DNA of 64,000 nucleotides from Alphaproteobacteria bacterium (GCA_017394405.1 JAFPYW010000034.1:3333-67332), one strand, 5' to 3'; shown: positions 35,888 to 46,644, counted from the stretch's first letter. Notes: generated by a model not told the origin, from the sequence alone. Made by a program: numbers and translations.

Positions 35888-37414
35888 ATGACACAAAAAC
35901 CGATTGTTTTATGTATTTTGGATGGATGGGGATATAATCCGCAAAAAGAAAATAATGCGATTGAAATGGGAAAAACACCCGTTTGGCATGAGTTGCTTTC
36001 CAAATGGCCTCATACAATGTTAAAAACATCGGGCTCTGATGTCGGTTTGCCAGATGGCCAAATGGGAAATTCCGAGGTTGGTCACATGAATTTGGGCGCC
36101 GGCCGTGTTGTATTCCAAGATTTACCACGTATTGATAACGCCATTCAAAATCATGAATTGGAAAAAAATCCTGTTTTAGTCAATTTGATTCAAAAATTAA
36201 AACAAACCAACGGAACCTGTCATTTGATGGGATTGTTGGGGCCCGGTGGTGTGCATGCTATGCAACGTCATATTGTTGCGTTGGCGCATATATTAAATAG
36301 TCATGAAATAAAGGTGGCCCTGCATGGATTTTTGGATGGACGTGATACACCACCCGATTCGGCCAAAGGTTTTGTTGCTGAGTTAGAAAAAGATATTGCA
36401 AATATGCCTTTTGTTAAAATTGCAACAATTGGTGGACGTTATTATGGTATGGATCGCGATAATCGTTGGGATCGCGTGACAAAGGCCTATGAGGCCATTG
36501 TGAATGCAAATGGCAACCGCTTCAAAATGGCAGATGATGCCATCAAAGCCAGTTATGATTCCAAAGTGTTTGATGAATTTGTGGTGCCTTGTGTTATTGG
36601 AGATTATCAAGGAATGCAAGATGGAGATGCCGTAATGATGGCGAATTATCGGACGGATCGGGCGCGTGAGATTACGCGGATGATGTTGCAACCTGATTTT
36701 GAATTGGCCCCACGATCCCGGGTGATTCATTTTGCGGATGCTGTCGGGATGACTGAATATTCTGCGGAACATACACAATGGATGCACATTTTGTTCCCGC
36801 CGGAACAATTGAAAAATATCTTCGGGCAAGTGGTGGCGGATGCTGGATTAAAACAATTGCGTATTGCCGAAACAGAAAAGTATGCTCACGTAACATTCTT
36901 TTTCAATGGTGGTGAAGAAAAATTATTTGATGGCGAAGATCGTATTTTGGTGCCCAGCCCGAAAGTGGCGACATATGATTTGCAACCGGAAATGTCTGCA
37001 ATAGAAGTGACGGACAAATTGGTTGAAGCCGTGAATTCGGATAAATTTGATGTGATTATTGTCAATTATGCCAACGGGGATATGGTTGGACATACCGGTA
37101 TTATGGCGGCTGCCGTTAAGGCAACAGAAACGGTCGATGCGTGCGTTGGTCGATTGGTGGCTGCGGTGGAAGCCAAAGGTGGTGCCTTGTTTATTACGGC
37201 GGATCACGGCAATTGTGAAGATATGGTGGATGAAAATGGGGCGCCCAAAACAGCACATACTTCAACACCAGTTATGGCGATTTTGGTGAATGGTGAAGGT
37301 GTCAAAGAATTGAAGAAAGGCCGTTTGGCGGATGTCGCGCCGACATTATTGACATTGCTCGGAATTAAGCAACCAAAAGAAATGACAGGACATTCTTTGA
37401 TTGAAAGGGATTGA
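35888..37414 (+). CDS. gpmI: 2,3-bisphosphoglycerate-independent phosphoglycerate mutase
   Basis: 508 aa. ILDGWG...GNSEVGHMNLGAGR...GGVH...ADHGN are iPGM signatures. Confidence 0.92.
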   Translation: MTQKPIVLCILDGWGYNPQKENNAIEMGKTPVWHELLSKWPHTMLKTSGSDVGLPDGQMGNSEVGHMNLGAGRVVFQDLPRIDNAIQNHELEKNPVLVNLIQKLKQTNGTCHLMGLLGPGGVHAMQRHIVALAHILNSHEIKVALHGFLDGRDTPPDSAKGFVAELEKDIANMPFVKIATIGGRYYGMDRDNRWDRVTKAYEAIVNANGNRFKMADDAIKASYDSKVFDEFVVPCVIGDYQGMQDGDAVMMANYRTDRAREITRMMLQPDFELAPRSRVIHFADAVGMTEYSAEHTQWMHILFPPEQLKNIFGQVVADAGLKQLRIAETEKYAHVTFFFNGGEEKLFDGEDRILVPSPKVATYDLQPEMSAIEVTDKLVEAVNSDKFDVIIVNYANGDMVGHTGIMAAAVKATETVDACVGRLVAAVEAKGGALFITADHGNCEDMVDENGAPKTAHTSTPVMAILVNGEGVKELKKGRLADVAPTLLTLLGIKQPKEMTGHSLIERD

Positions 37415-38544
37415 TGTTGAAAAAGTTGATTTTGGTTTTGTTGGTTTGTGTGATCGGAACGCCGATGTGGGCTGCGCCGACAGCAAAGGATTTGGCCAAA
37501 ATTGAGGCCCAAATCAAGCAAGAGAAAAAAGTTCAGGCCGAAAACAAACGAAAATCTCAAGCGTTGGATAAAGAGGTTCAGAATGTTCAAAAGGAAATGG
37601 TGTCCTTGGCCAAAAGCGTGCGTAAACACGAAGGTGAATTGTCGTTATTGGAACAAAAGAAAAAAGAATTGGAAAAACAGCAGGCAGAGTTAGAAGAGCG
37701 ATTATCATTGTCTTCTAAGCAATTATCTAAAATTATGCAAGGTATGCAGACTTTGGCTTTGCGGCCGAGTGAGATTTTATTGTTTCAATCCAAAACGCCG
37801 ATTCAAGTGTTGCGATCAAAAAGGTTGATGCAGTATAGTTTTCCAATCGTGGGGGGTATCCAAGCGCAAACTCAATCTGATTTGGCGACGTTAAGCCAAG
37901 TGAAGTTTGATTTGCAAACAAAAATTTCGGCCATTAAAACGACCAAGGCCGAATTATCAGATAAAAACGAAAAAATGGAAAAATTGGCTCAACAGAAAAA
38001 AGTATTGCAGGCACAATATACTTCCACTTATGAAAAATCAAAAGCCAAAACGGAAAAGTTGGCAAAAGAAGCATCTAGTTTGAAGGAATTGTTGGCAAAA
38101 ATTGAAAAGGAACGCAAGAAACAGCCCAAAACGCAAGTACGTCATCGTTCATTCGGAACAGGGGCTTTTGCTCGGGCGCGAGGTTCTTTAGCATTACCAG
38201 CCCAGGGGCGCATTACACAAAATTTCGGAGATACAACGGGCGCCAGCCAATCTCATGCAAAAGGAATGGTGGTCACGACTCGTGGTGGGGCTCAGGTGAC
38301 AGCGCCATTTGATGGAACCGTTTTGTTTGCGGGTCCGTTCCAAAATTATGGCAAGTTAGTTATTATTGATCATGGAGATAATTACTTGACGGTTTTGGCG
38401 GGAATGGATACAATAACAACATCGGTTGGTAGCCAAATTTTAACGGGAGAGCCCGTTGGTCGGATGAGTTCCGATTATAGAAGTTTATACATTGAGGTGC
38501 GCCAAAATGGTCAGGCAATCAACCCAAGACCTTGGTTTATTTAA
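37411..38544 (+). CDS. Murein hydrolase activator EnvC-like (coiled coil + degenerate LytM/M23 domain)
   Basis: Signal peptide, ~200 aa of coiled coil, then a C-terminal LytM-like domain (GKLVIIDHGDNYLTVLAG...LYIEVRQNGQAINP) that lacks the HxH metal site. gpmI-envC-ctpA synteny supports the call. Confidence 0.75.
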   Translation: MMLKKLILVLLVCVIGTPMWAAPTAKDLAKIEAQIKQEKKVQAENKRKSQALDKEVQNVQKEMVSLAKSVRKHEGELSLLEQKKKELEKQQAELEERLSLSSKQLSKIMQGMQTLALRPSEILLFQSKTPIQVLRSKRLMQYSFPIVGGIQAQTQSDLATLSQVKFDLQTKISAIKTTKAELSDKNEKMEKLAQQKKVLQAQYTSTYEKSKAKTEKLAKEASSLKELLAKIEKERKKQPKTQVRHRSFGTGAFARARGSLALPAQGRITQNFGDTTGASQSHAKGMVVTTRGGAQVTAPFDGTVLFAGPFQNYGKLVIIDHGDNYLTVLAGMDTITTSVGSQILTGEPVGRMSSDYRSLYIEVRQNGQAINPRPWFI

Positions 38545-38553
38545 GGAGAAAAT

Positions 38554-39852
38554 ATGAAAAAAATACTTTTATTTTTAATGATGACAGCAATGGCTGTGCC
38601 AACAATGGCTGATACAACAAAGCCTGCCGAATCTGCGGAAAATGAGAATGTGTATGTGTTGATGGAATTGTTGGGATCTTCATTGAAAATGATCAAAGAA
38701 GATTATGTGGAAGATGTCAGTTATAAAACAATGGTAGAAAAGGCCTTAAACGGCGTCTTAACGGCCCAAGATCCGCACTCCGGTTTTTTGAACAAAGATG
38801 AAATGGATGATATGAATACGCAAACCAAAGGGGAATTTGGTGGCGTTGGTATGGAAGTGTCCAGTGAAAATAATTTCGTTCGTGTGGTGTCCCCGATTGA
38901 TGATACGCCGGCGTTCCGTGCGGGTATTCAGGCGGGCGATTACATTACACATATTGATGGAACATCTGTGGTTGGGTTGTCTTTGAATGAAGCGGTGAAG
39001 CGTTTGCGTGGTGAACCAAAAACAAAAGTTAAAATTAAAATTTCTCGTAAAAATAAAGAGCCATTTGAGGTTACTTTAACACGCGATATTATCAAAGTAG
39101 ATCCGGTGAAATTTGAAGCCAAAGGCAATATTGGATATATTCGTGTTTTAACTTTCAGCGAAAAAACAACCGCGGAATTACATCGTGCCATTAAAGAAAT
39201 AAAAGAAAAAATCGGCAAAGATTTAATCGGTTTTGTGTTGGATATTCGTAATAATCCAGGTGGCTTATTGGATCAGGCCGTTGGCGTGGCTGATACATTC
39301 TTGGCCCAAGGCGAGATTGTTTCTACGCGTTCCAGAAAACCGGAAGAAACGTTGCGTTTTTCCGCTAAATCTGAAGATATGACAGACGGATTGCCGCTTG
39401 TAGTGATGATCAATGAAGGGTCTGCCTCTGCTTCCGAAATTGTTGCTGGGGCGTTGCAAGATCATAAACGCGCCGTGATTGTCGGATTAAAATCTTTTGG
39501 AAAAGGATCTGTTCAAACGATTCGTGAAATTCCTGGATTCGGCGCCATTAAAATTACTACTGCACGTTATTTCACACCATCAGGTAATTCAATTCAGGCT
39601 AAAGGAATCACGCCGGATGTGGAAATTCCCCGCGCTGAATTAAAGGAATTGCCCAAAATAACGGGTTGGGGTGAAGGCGATTTGGATGGGGCTTTGTCCG
39701 CTGAAGTTGGTAAAAAAGCAAAAGACACAACCGAATTCGTGCCAGAAGAAAAAACCGACGATACTAAAAAAGATGAAAAAACGGATTATCAGTTGGATCG
39801 TGCATTAGATATTTTAAGAGCAATGTCTGTGATGGCGGCCCAAAAGGAATAA
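38554..39852 (+). CDS. ctpA: Carboxy-terminal processing protease (S41)
   Basis: PDZ segment GGVGMEV...V..PIDDTPAFRAGIQAGDYITHIDG. S41 core VLDIRNNPGGLL...GSASASEI...KSFGKGSVQ. Confidence 0.88.
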   Translation: MKKILLFLMMTAMAVPTMADTTKPAESAENENVYVLMELLGSSLKMIKEDYVEDVSYKTMVEKALNGVLTAQDPHSGFLNKDEMDDMNTQTKGEFGGVGMEVSSENNFVRVVSPIDDTPAFRAGIQAGDYITHIDGTSVVGLSLNEAVKRLRGEPKTKVKIKISRKNKEPFEVTLTRDIIKVDPVKFEAKGNIGYIRVLTFSEKTTAELHRAIKEIKEKIGKDLIGFVLDIRNNPGGLLDQAVGVADTFLAQGEIVSTRSRKPEETLRFSAKSEDMTDGLPLVVMINEGSASASEIVAGALQDHKRAVIVGLKSFGKGSVQTIREIPGFGAIKITTARYFTPSGNSIQAKGITPDVEIPRAELKELPKITGWGEGDLDGALSAEVGKKAKDTTEFVPEEKTDDTKKDEKTDYQLDRALDILRAMSVMAAQKE

Positions 39853-39853
39853 G

Positions 39854-40357
39854 ATGGCAACAGAAGAACTGACATATCGTCAATCTATTGGCTTTATGAT
39901 GTTTGATTCTAAAAAACGTGTTTTTTTGGGCAAACGTTGTTGGCCAAAGGATTCGCCGTATCGCTTTCAAATGCCGCAAGGTGGTATTGAGCCAGGTGAA
40001 ACACCCGAGCAGGCCTTGTGGCGCGAAATGTACGAAGAAATCGGTTTGACAAATGATCAGACGGAATTAGTGGCCGAAGCGAAAGAATGGCTGACGTATG
40101 ATTTGCCGCCCAATATGCGGACCTCTATTGTTGGAAACAAGCAAAAATGGTTTTTGGTGTATTTCAAAGGAACATCCCAAGATTTTGTTTTCACACATGA
40201 AAAACATCCGGAATTTTGTGGCGCGCGTTGGGTTGCCCCAAAAAAAGTTCCGTACTTGGTTATTCCATTCAAACGGAAAGTATATCGTCAGGTTTTGAAT
40301 GAATTCAAACCATTGATTGATGCGTTTGAAGTGCCTATTTCGTCACCACAACCATAG
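39854..40357 (+). CDS. rppH: RNA pyrophosphohydrolase (Nudix)
   Basis: YRQSIGFMMF...WQMPQGGIEPGETPEQALWREMYEEIGL contains the Nudix box GGx5Ex7REx2EEIG. Confidence 0.85.
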   Translation: MATEELTYRQSIGFMMFDSKKRVFLGKRCWPKDSPYRFQMPQGGIEPGETPEQALWREMYEEIGLTNDQTELVAEAKEWLTYDLPPNMRTSIVGNKQKWFLVYFKGTSQDFVFTHEKHPEFCGARWVAPKKVPYLVIPFKRKVYRQVLNEFKPLIDAFEVPISSPQP

Positions 40358-40877
40358 ATTCACGCAATACGCGATTATCCCCGATGGTATAGCCGGTTTG
40401 CAACTCTTCCACAATGGTGCCGGCGGGTTTTGACGGATCTTCAACTTGTTGAATCACCTGATGTTTATCGGGGTCAAAAACATGGCCCACATCTTGCATT
40501 TTTTTGACGTGGTTTTTACCCAAAGCATCTTCCAATTGTTTATGGACCATTTCAACACCTTGCAACAAACTGGTAAAAAATGGTTCGCATGGTTTATCTG
40601 ATTTGCCCATTTCCACTTTTGCTGTTTTTAGGGCGCGTTCCAAATTGTCCATCACGGGTAACATATCAAGAGCAAAATCTTTATTGGCATAACGGGCAGT
40701 ATTTTGCATGTCTAATGTGCAACGTTTACGCATATTTTCCACTTCGGCGGCATTGCGTAAAGCCAAATCTTTCCAATGCAACAATTCCTCTTGCAAATGA
40801 GTCACTTGATCATCGGCTTGTGTGGCGACATTTTGTTCTTTTTTTTCTTCGGATTTGTGTTCTTTTTTCTTATCCAT
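40335..40877 (-). CDS. grpE: Nucleotide exchange factor GrpE
   Basis: The start is MDKKKEHK at 40877 (AAGGAAGG upstream). Contains LRNAAEVENMRKR...VMDNLERAL...FDPDKHQ..., the typical GrpE pattern. Confidence 0.85.
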   Translation of the reverse strand: MDKKKEHKSEEKKEQNVATQADDQVTHLQEELLHWKDLALRNAAEVENMRKRCTLDMQNTARYANKDFALDMLPVMDNLERALKTAKVEMGKSDKPCEPFFTSLLQGVEMVHKQLEDALGKNHVKKMQDVGHVFDPDKHQVIQQVEDPSKPAGTIVEELQTGYTIGDNRVLRESMVVVTK

Positions 40878-41017
40878 CTGACACCTTCCTTTTTTGATAT
40901 CTATCAACTTTGCTATCTATACTTATATATGTAGTCGTTTGGGACAAAAAAATCAAGAGCACTTGCGTTTTTTTATGAAAAATGCTACACTTTTTTCCAT
41001 AAACAAAGGAGTAAAAA

Positions 41018-41740
41018 ATGGCAAGACCATCCGGTCGCGCAGCCGATGAATTGCGCAAGATTGAAATTCAAACACATGTGAATAAATATGCCCCTGGTTC
41101 ATGCTTGATTAAATGGGGTGATACGCATGTTTTATGCACAGTTATGATTGAAGATAAAGTGCCAGCATGGATGAAGCAACAACAAAAACACGGCGGTTGG
41201 CTGACTGCGGAATATGGTATGTTGCCTCATGCTGGAAATATTCGTAAAGACCGCGATGCAGTAAAAGGTAAGCAAGATTCTCGGGCCATTGAAATTCAAC
41301 GTTTAATTGGTCGTTCCTTGCGCGCAATTGTGGATTTACATCAAATTCCAAACAAAACAATCAAGGTCGATTGTGATGTATTGCAGGCCGATGGTGGTAC
41401 GCGTACAGCCAGCATTACAGCCGCCTATATCGCCCTCAAAATGGCAGTAGATTCCGCCCTGAAAGATGGTTCCATTGAACATAGTCCTTTGGTGGGGCAA
41501 GTGGCCGCTGTTTCCTGCGGTGTTGTGGGTGGTGAGCCCGTTTTGGATTTAGATTACGCGGAAGATTCCAATGCAGGAACGGATGCCAATTTTGTGATGA
41601 CGGCCGATGGAAAAATGATTGAAATTCAAGGATCGGCCGAGGGGGCTCCTTTTTCAAAAGATGAATTTGGAACTTTGCTTTCTTTGGCTGAGAAAGGGAT
41701 TGCCGAACTGATTCAAAAGCAAAATGATGCCTTAAAATAA
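41018..41740 (+). CDS. rph: Ribonuclease PH
   Basis: MARPSGRAADELRKIEIQ...GSCLIKWGDTHVLCT...DCDVLQADGGTRTASITAAY is the canonical RNase PH sequence. Confidence 0.92.
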   Translation: MARPSGRAADELRKIEIQTHVNKYAPGSCLIKWGDTHVLCTVMIEDKVPAWMKQQQKHGGWLTAEYGMLPHAGNIRKDRDAVKGKQDSRAIEIQRLIGRSLRAIVDLHQIPNKTIKVDCDVLQADGGTRTASITAAYIALKMAVDSALKDGSIEHSPLVGQVAAVSCGVVGGEPVLDLDYAEDSNAGTDANFVMTADGKMIEIQGSAEGAPFSKDEFGTLLSLAEKGIAELIQKQNDALK

Positions 41741-41779
41741 GGGCTTGCCTCTTTGAAAAAAAGCGGCTAAACTGATGAT

Positions 41780-43927
41780 ATGAAAAAGCAAACGAAAAAA
41801 CAAACGCCGCCGACGATGGAAGAAGTGCTTGATTATTTGAAAGCACAATCTTCGCCCGTGACAAAACGGGATGTGGCACGCGCTTTTCATATCAAGGGGA
41901 ATGATCGAATTCACCTAAAAAAAATCCTAAAAGATTTAAAAGAAAAAAATGAAATTCAAGGGGGCAGCGGTGGTCGCAAAATCGGCCTGACGGATGCTTT
42001 GCCTGAACGCGTTGTGGTGGAAATTACAGGGCTAGATTCCATGGGTGATTTATTGGCGCGCCCTTTGGAATGGCCTGCCGACAAACCGATGCCACAAATC
42101 ACAATTACAGCAGACAAGCTGATTCCGCCCGCGGGTGTTGGTGATATTGTTCAAGTATCCGTGAAATCCGTTGGAAATAAATTATACGAAGGGGCAACTT
42201 TACGCCGTATGACCGCCGGCGAAAATCATATGGTTGGCATTTACGAAGATGGTTATGTCCATTCGGTGGATCGCAGACTCTCGCGCGATTTTGAGTTGGT
42301 GCGTGTGCCTCCATCCATAAAATTGCAAAACAAAGACATTGTGGTGGCCGATATTCCGATGGTGCGTGACAGAAATCCGAAAGCGACATTTATCAAAAAA
42401 ATCGGCAATTTTACAGAAGCCTTTGCGCCCACTTTGATTGCGATTTATCAACATAGTTTGCCGGTTGCCTTCACCGAAGCAGCCGAAAAACAAGCACAAA
42501 ACTTGAAAGTACCGCCTGTGGATAAAGACCATGAGGATTTGCGTCAAATTCCTTTTGTGACAATTGACGGTGCGGATGCGCGCGATTTTGATGATGCCGT
42601 GTGGGCAGAAGAAACGAATGAGGGCTTTCATGTGATGGTTGGTATTGCGGATGTGGCGTGGTATGTGCGCCCTGGATCCGCACTGGATATGGATGCGCGT
42701 TTGCGTGGTAACAGCACTTACTTCCCTGACCGCGTGTTGCCTATGTTGCCATTTGAATTATCTAACGGTGTATGTTCATTAAATCCGAATGAAACACGAG
42801 CGTCTATGGTATGTGAAGTATGGTTGAACAAGCAAGGCAAAAAGTTGCATCATACTTTCCGTCGTGCCTTGATTAAATCTGTGTGCCGCTTGACTTATCC
42901 AGAAGTGCAAGATGCTCTAGATGGCAAAACACCTATTGTTGGCTTAGAACAAGAAATTGATACTTTGAACAAGGTCTATCGAGTGCTTACGAAATTGCGT
43001 GCGAATCGTGGTGTCTTAGAATTGGATGTGCCAGAGCGTCAGGTGATTTTGGATAAAAAGGGTCATGTCAAAGCCATTAAAGTTCGTGAATCATTGGATA
43101 GTATGAAGTTGATTGAAGAGCTGATGATTTTGGCGAATGTGTCAGCAGCTGAAACTTTGGAAAGCGCAGATGTACCCACCATGTATCGTGTGCATGACCG
43201 CCCAAGTGATGAAAAGCGCGAACGCTTGAATGCCTTTTTAACAAGCCTACATTATAAAGGTGTGCGCGAAGATGCGGTACCAAAAGACTTTAATGCTATT
43301 TTATTGAAAGCGGATGGCACAAAGCAAGATTATGCCATCAACGAGTTTGTGTTGCGCAGCCAATCACAAGCCGAATATTCTCCCAACAACATTGGGCATT
43401 TCGGATTGGCTTTGTCGCACTATGCGCACTTTACGTCACCGATTCGTCGTTATGCAGATGTGTTGGTACATCGGGCACTGATTAGGGCATTGAAATTGGG
43501 GGCGGGGGCTTTGACGGCAGAAGAAGCCGATACCTTTGAGAATATTGCCGAACATATTTCCGCCACAGAGCGACAATCAGCAGCAGCCGAAATGGATGCG
43601 GTGGATCGTTATACCGCCAGTTTCTTAGCCGGTAGAGAGGGAGAAGTGTTTACCGGACGTATTTCCAGCGTGACGGCTTTTGGTTTGTTTGTTGCGATAG
43701 ATGAATATGGTGCGGATGGCTTTATTCCTTTCCGCTTGATGACGGGCGATTATTATGAATATGATGACGAAGCACAACGCCTTGTCGGGCGTGGCAGCGG
43801 CAAAACCTATCAAATGGGAGATGAAATTCGCGTGATTTTGATGGAATGCGAACCCGAAACAGGTAGTTTGTTGTTTCGTCCTGTATCCGCAAAAATGTCA
43901 TTTCCTACCCGCAAAAGAAAAAAGTAA
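41780..43927 (+). CDS. rnr: Ribonuclease R
   Basis: 715 aa. RNB catalytic block TIDGADARDFDDAV...YFPDRVLPMLP...HFGLA...YAHFTSPIRRYADVLVHR, plus a C-terminal S1 domain GRISSVTAFGLFV. Confidence 0.9.
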   Translation: MKKQTKKQTPPTMEEVLDYLKAQSSPVTKRDVARAFHIKGNDRIHLKKILKDLKEKNEIQGGSGGRKIGLTDALPERVVVEITGLDSMGDLLARPLEWPADKPMPQITITADKLIPPAGVGDIVQVSVKSVGNKLYEGATLRRMTAGENHMVGIYEDGYVHSVDRRLSRDFELVRVPPSIKLQNKDIVVADIPMVRDRNPKATFIKKIGNFTEAFAPTLIAIYQHSLPVAFTEAAEKQAQNLKVPPVDKDHEDLRQIPFVTIDGADARDFDDAVWAEETNEGFHVMVGIADVAWYVRPGSALDMDARLRGNSTYFPDRVLPMLPFELSNGVCSLNPNETRASMVCEVWLNKQGKKLHHTFRRALIKSVCRLTYPEVQDALDGKTPIVGLEQEIDTLNKVYRVLTKLRANRGVLELDVPERQVILDKKGHVKAIKVRESLDSMKLIEELMILANVSAAETLESADVPTMYRVHDRPSDEKRERLNAFLTSLHYKGVREDAVPKDFNAILLKADGTKQDYAINEFVLRSQSQAEYSPNNIGHFGLALSHYAHFTSPIRRYADVLVHRALIRALKLGAGALTAEEADTFENIAEHISATERQSAAAEMDAVDRYTASFLAGREGEVFTGRISSVTAFGLFVAIDEYGADGFIPFRLMTGDYYEYDDEAQRLVGRGSGKTYQMGDEIRVILMECEPETGSLLFRPVSAKMSFPTRKRKK

Positions 43928-43933
43928 TAACGC

Positions 43934-43962
43934 TTGACAAGTGATTAGAATTCGGTTACTCT
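43934..43962 (+). promoter_or_regulatory. Sigma70-type promoter upstream of the OMP gene
   Basis: TTGACA (43934-43939), 17-nt spacer, TACTCT (43957-43962). Confidence 0.35.
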
Positions 43963-43984
43963 GTTTGAAAACAAAGGAGACAAA

Positions 43985-44536
43985 ATGAAAAAATTAGTCT
44001 TATTATTGCTTTGCTTTATGGCAACATCTGCATTAGCGGCTTCACCGTTGCGTAGCGGTTTGTATTTGGGGGCTCGTTTGTCGGGTATGCGTTCCGAATT
44101 AAAAGTGGATAATAAAAAAGATCACGGCAACATGTATGGTTTTATGGGGGTTGTCGGTGCACGCATTCGGTATTTTCGTGTGGAGTTGGAATATTTGGGA
44201 ACCAGACCAGTTAAAATTAAAAGACGCGAAATGGAAACTTCTTGGTTAGCGGGACAGGCGTATTATGATATTCCATTGAAAACAAAAATTCGTCCGTTTG
44301 TCAATGCTGGATGGGGCTATCATGAAACAAAAATTAAAAATAAAGAGCATCCGTATAAAGAAACAAGAAAAGGTTCTGTGTGGAACTTGGGTGGTGGTTT
44401 AACTTGGAATACCAGCAATGCTGCCAATATTGATTTAGGATATCGTTATGTTAATTTGGGTAATTTCAAAACGCCGGAAGGAACGCTTAAACCGAAAACC
44501 CATATGATTTATTTGGGATTCCGTTACGTTTTCTAA
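43985..44536 (+). CDS. Small outer-membrane beta-barrel protein (OMP_b-brl/Omp25-like)
   Basis: Signal peptide MKKLVLLLLCFMATSALA, alternating amphipathic beta strands, and the C-terminal YLGFRYVF ending in Phe. Confidence 0.7.
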   Translation: MKKLVLLLLCFMATSALAASPLRSGLYLGARLSGMRSELKVDNKKDHGNMYGFMGVVGARIRYFRVELEYLGTRPVKIKRREMETSWLAGQAYYDIPLKTKIRPFVNAGWGYHETKIKNKEHPYKETRKGSVWNLGGGLTWNTSNAANIDLGYRYVNLGNFKTPEGTLKPKTHMIYLGFRYVF

Positions 44537-44595
44537 CCAAAGGTGGGGGTGCGGTTTCCTTGATTTAATCGCATAATAATAAAGGGAATCACAAT

Positions 44596-46644
44596 ATGCA
44601 ACATAGCAAACAATTATTCAAAGAAATTGCGAGAGTTGGTCGTTTAATCGGCTGTGCTGTCGTATTGTTTGTGGTGGCTATTTATTTGTGGGCTAGTGCA
44701 TTTTTCACGCGGCCGGTTTCATGGCATTTTTTGTGGCATCAATTCACAGCCAGGTGGGTGCTGATTTGTATTGGTGTTGCGGTTTTCAGTTTTATTTTGT
44801 TTGTTGCTATTCGCTTTATTTATTTGGTTTCCAATATTACATCTCAAATGTTTTTCGGGCATAAATGGAAAAGGTTGTCCCGTGAAAAAGTGGCTTTGGA
44901 AAAATCTTTGGAACAATTTTACAGCGCATTGAAGCGAATTCATACGCCGTTGGCCATGACAAAGGGACGTAAAATTGTCTGGTTGAACGAAGAAATGCAA
45001 GAATTATTGCAAAAGAAGAATGTAACATTGACAGATTTGGCTGTATTGTTCCCACATGTGGATTTGCCCCATAAATTGTCCAGTATTATTCGCCGGTTAA
45101 AGGTGCAACGCGGCTATGTGAAAAATGTTTTTATTTGTGTCAATGGTATGTCAAAACCAATTATATTGTCGGCAGTTTGCTTGAAATCTCACCATCCGGA
45201 AATTGGTATTTTGTGGAGCTTGGAAGATGCGTCGGCAGAACATCAAAACAAATCAATGGAGCGTTATTATGACGCCGTTTTTAATTCGCTAAAATTATTT
45301 CATTCCATTAAAAATCCAGCAGAAGAAAAAAACGCCGTGTCGCGGATGTTACGGGAAATCAGTCAGGCCTATCATTTGACATTGGCCGGTTTTTTGAAAT
45401 TGGAAGGCGATTATTTGATCCCGGAAGTCAGTTATTCGGATGGCAAGTTTTCTTCAATTCCAGATCGTTTTGATTTAAGGGATGCTGTTGTAAAAACCTC
45501 CGCCGTTGCAAAGGCAATTCGTTCCAAAAAATGTGTGGGCTATGCGGATGTGGCACCATTACCATATTATCGTTTTTTGAAAGATACAAACAAAGAATCT
45601 CCGCAATCAACCTGTGCATTCCCGATGATTATCAATCATCAGTTAGAGGGTGTGATTACGTTGTATGGATCCGATCGTAATTTCTTTTCAGCACGATTAT
45701 TACAGCGGTTGAATCAGCTGTTCCAAGAAATCTTTTTGGCGATAGGAATAGCGCGCTTTCGCTGGGAAAACAAACGAGCTATGTTGGAATATGACAAACA
45801 ATTAAAAGACCAGGTGAAAGAATTGGAGCAAGGCCGCAAAACCTTAAAACGTCAGGCCCGTGAGATGAATGGTGTTGTAAAAGACTTGATTATTGCGCGC
45901 AATCAGGCGGAAGAAGCAAACCAAGTTAAAAGTGAATTTTTGGCCAGCGTTAGCCATGAATTGCGCACGCCGTTGAATGCTATTTTGGGTTTTTCGGAAG
46001 CGATGGAAACAGAAACATTTGGACCGATGAAAAATCAACGTTATAAAGAATACAATCGCTATATCTATACAAGTGGCAAGTATTTGCTTTCCTTGATCAA
46101 TGATGTGTTAGATTTATCGGCGGTTGAATCTAAACGTAAAAAAAGGGTGGAAACGTCATTGAATTTGGCGCGTTTGATCCATGAAACTGTGGAAATAATA
46201 AAAGGATACCCAGACGCGAATAAGAAAGCTTTCACCATACATGTGCCAGATACGATTGAATTGTTGGCAGAGGACAGATCTATCCGACAAATTTTATTGA
46301 ATATCTTATCTAATGCGGTGAAATTTACGGGAGATGATGGAAAAATTGAAATTTCGGCTCGTCTGACATCTGGATCTGATTTGCGTTTGGTAGTGGCCGA
46401 CAATGGCGTTGGTGTGCCAAAGGACAAAATTAAAACATTGTTCCAACCATTTGTGCAACTGGAAAATGTTTTGACAAAGGAACACAAAGGTAGTGGATTG
46501 GGGCTGGTGCTGGTTAAAAAATTGATGGAATCATATCAAGGAACGGTTCAAATGACCAGCAAACTTGGGGCTGGTACGAAAATGATATTGATATTTCCCA
46601 AAAAACGTGTTATGAAGATTAAAAAACAAAAGGAGCAAAAATGA
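44596..46644 (+). CDS. Membrane sensor histidine kinase (TM + PAS/GAF-like + HisKA + HATPase_c)
   Basis: H-box EFLASVSHELRTPLNAILGFSE, N-box LLNILSNAVKF, G1 DNGVGVP and G2 GSGLGL. Two N-terminal TM spans. Confidence 0.85.
   Translation: MQHSKQLFKEIARVGRLIGCAVVLFVVAIYLWASAFFTRPVSWHFLWHQFTARWVLICIGVAVFSFILFVAIRFIYLVSNITSQMFFGHKWKRLSREKVALEKSLEQFYSALKRIHTPLAMTKGRKIVWLNEEMQELLQKKNVTLTDLAVLFPHVDLPHKLSSIIRRLKVQRGYVKNVFICVNGMSKPIILSAVCLKSHHPEIGILWSLEDASAEHQNKSMERYYDAVFNSLKLFHSIKNPAEEKNAVSRMLREISQAYHLTLAGFLKLEGDYLIPEVSYSDGKFSSIPDRFDLRDAVVKTSAVAKAIRSKKCVGYADVAPLPYYRFLKDTNKESPQSTCAFPMIINHQLEGVITLYGSDRNFFSARLLQRLNQLFQEIFLAIGIARFRWENKRAMLEYDKQLKDQVKELEQGRKTLKRQAREMNGVVKDLIIARNQAEEANQVKSEFLASVSHELRTPLNAILGFSEAMETETFGPMKNQRYKEYNRYIYTSGKYLLSLINDVLDLSAVESKRKKRVETSLNLARLIHETVEIIKGYPDANKKAFTIHVPDTIELLAEDRSIRQILLNILSNAVKFTGDDGKIEISARLTSGSDLRLVVADNGVGVPKDKIKTLFQPFVQLENVLTKEHKGSGLGLVLVKKLMESYQGTVQMTSKLGAGTKMILIFPKKRVMKIKKQKEQK

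Noticed and set aside
44563-44592. dif-like sequence (…AATCGCATAATAATAAAGGGAATC…) near the ftsK-containing region
   Set aside because: Only the CGCATAA half resembles the XerC arm. The XerD arm (TTATGTTAAAT-like) is absent.
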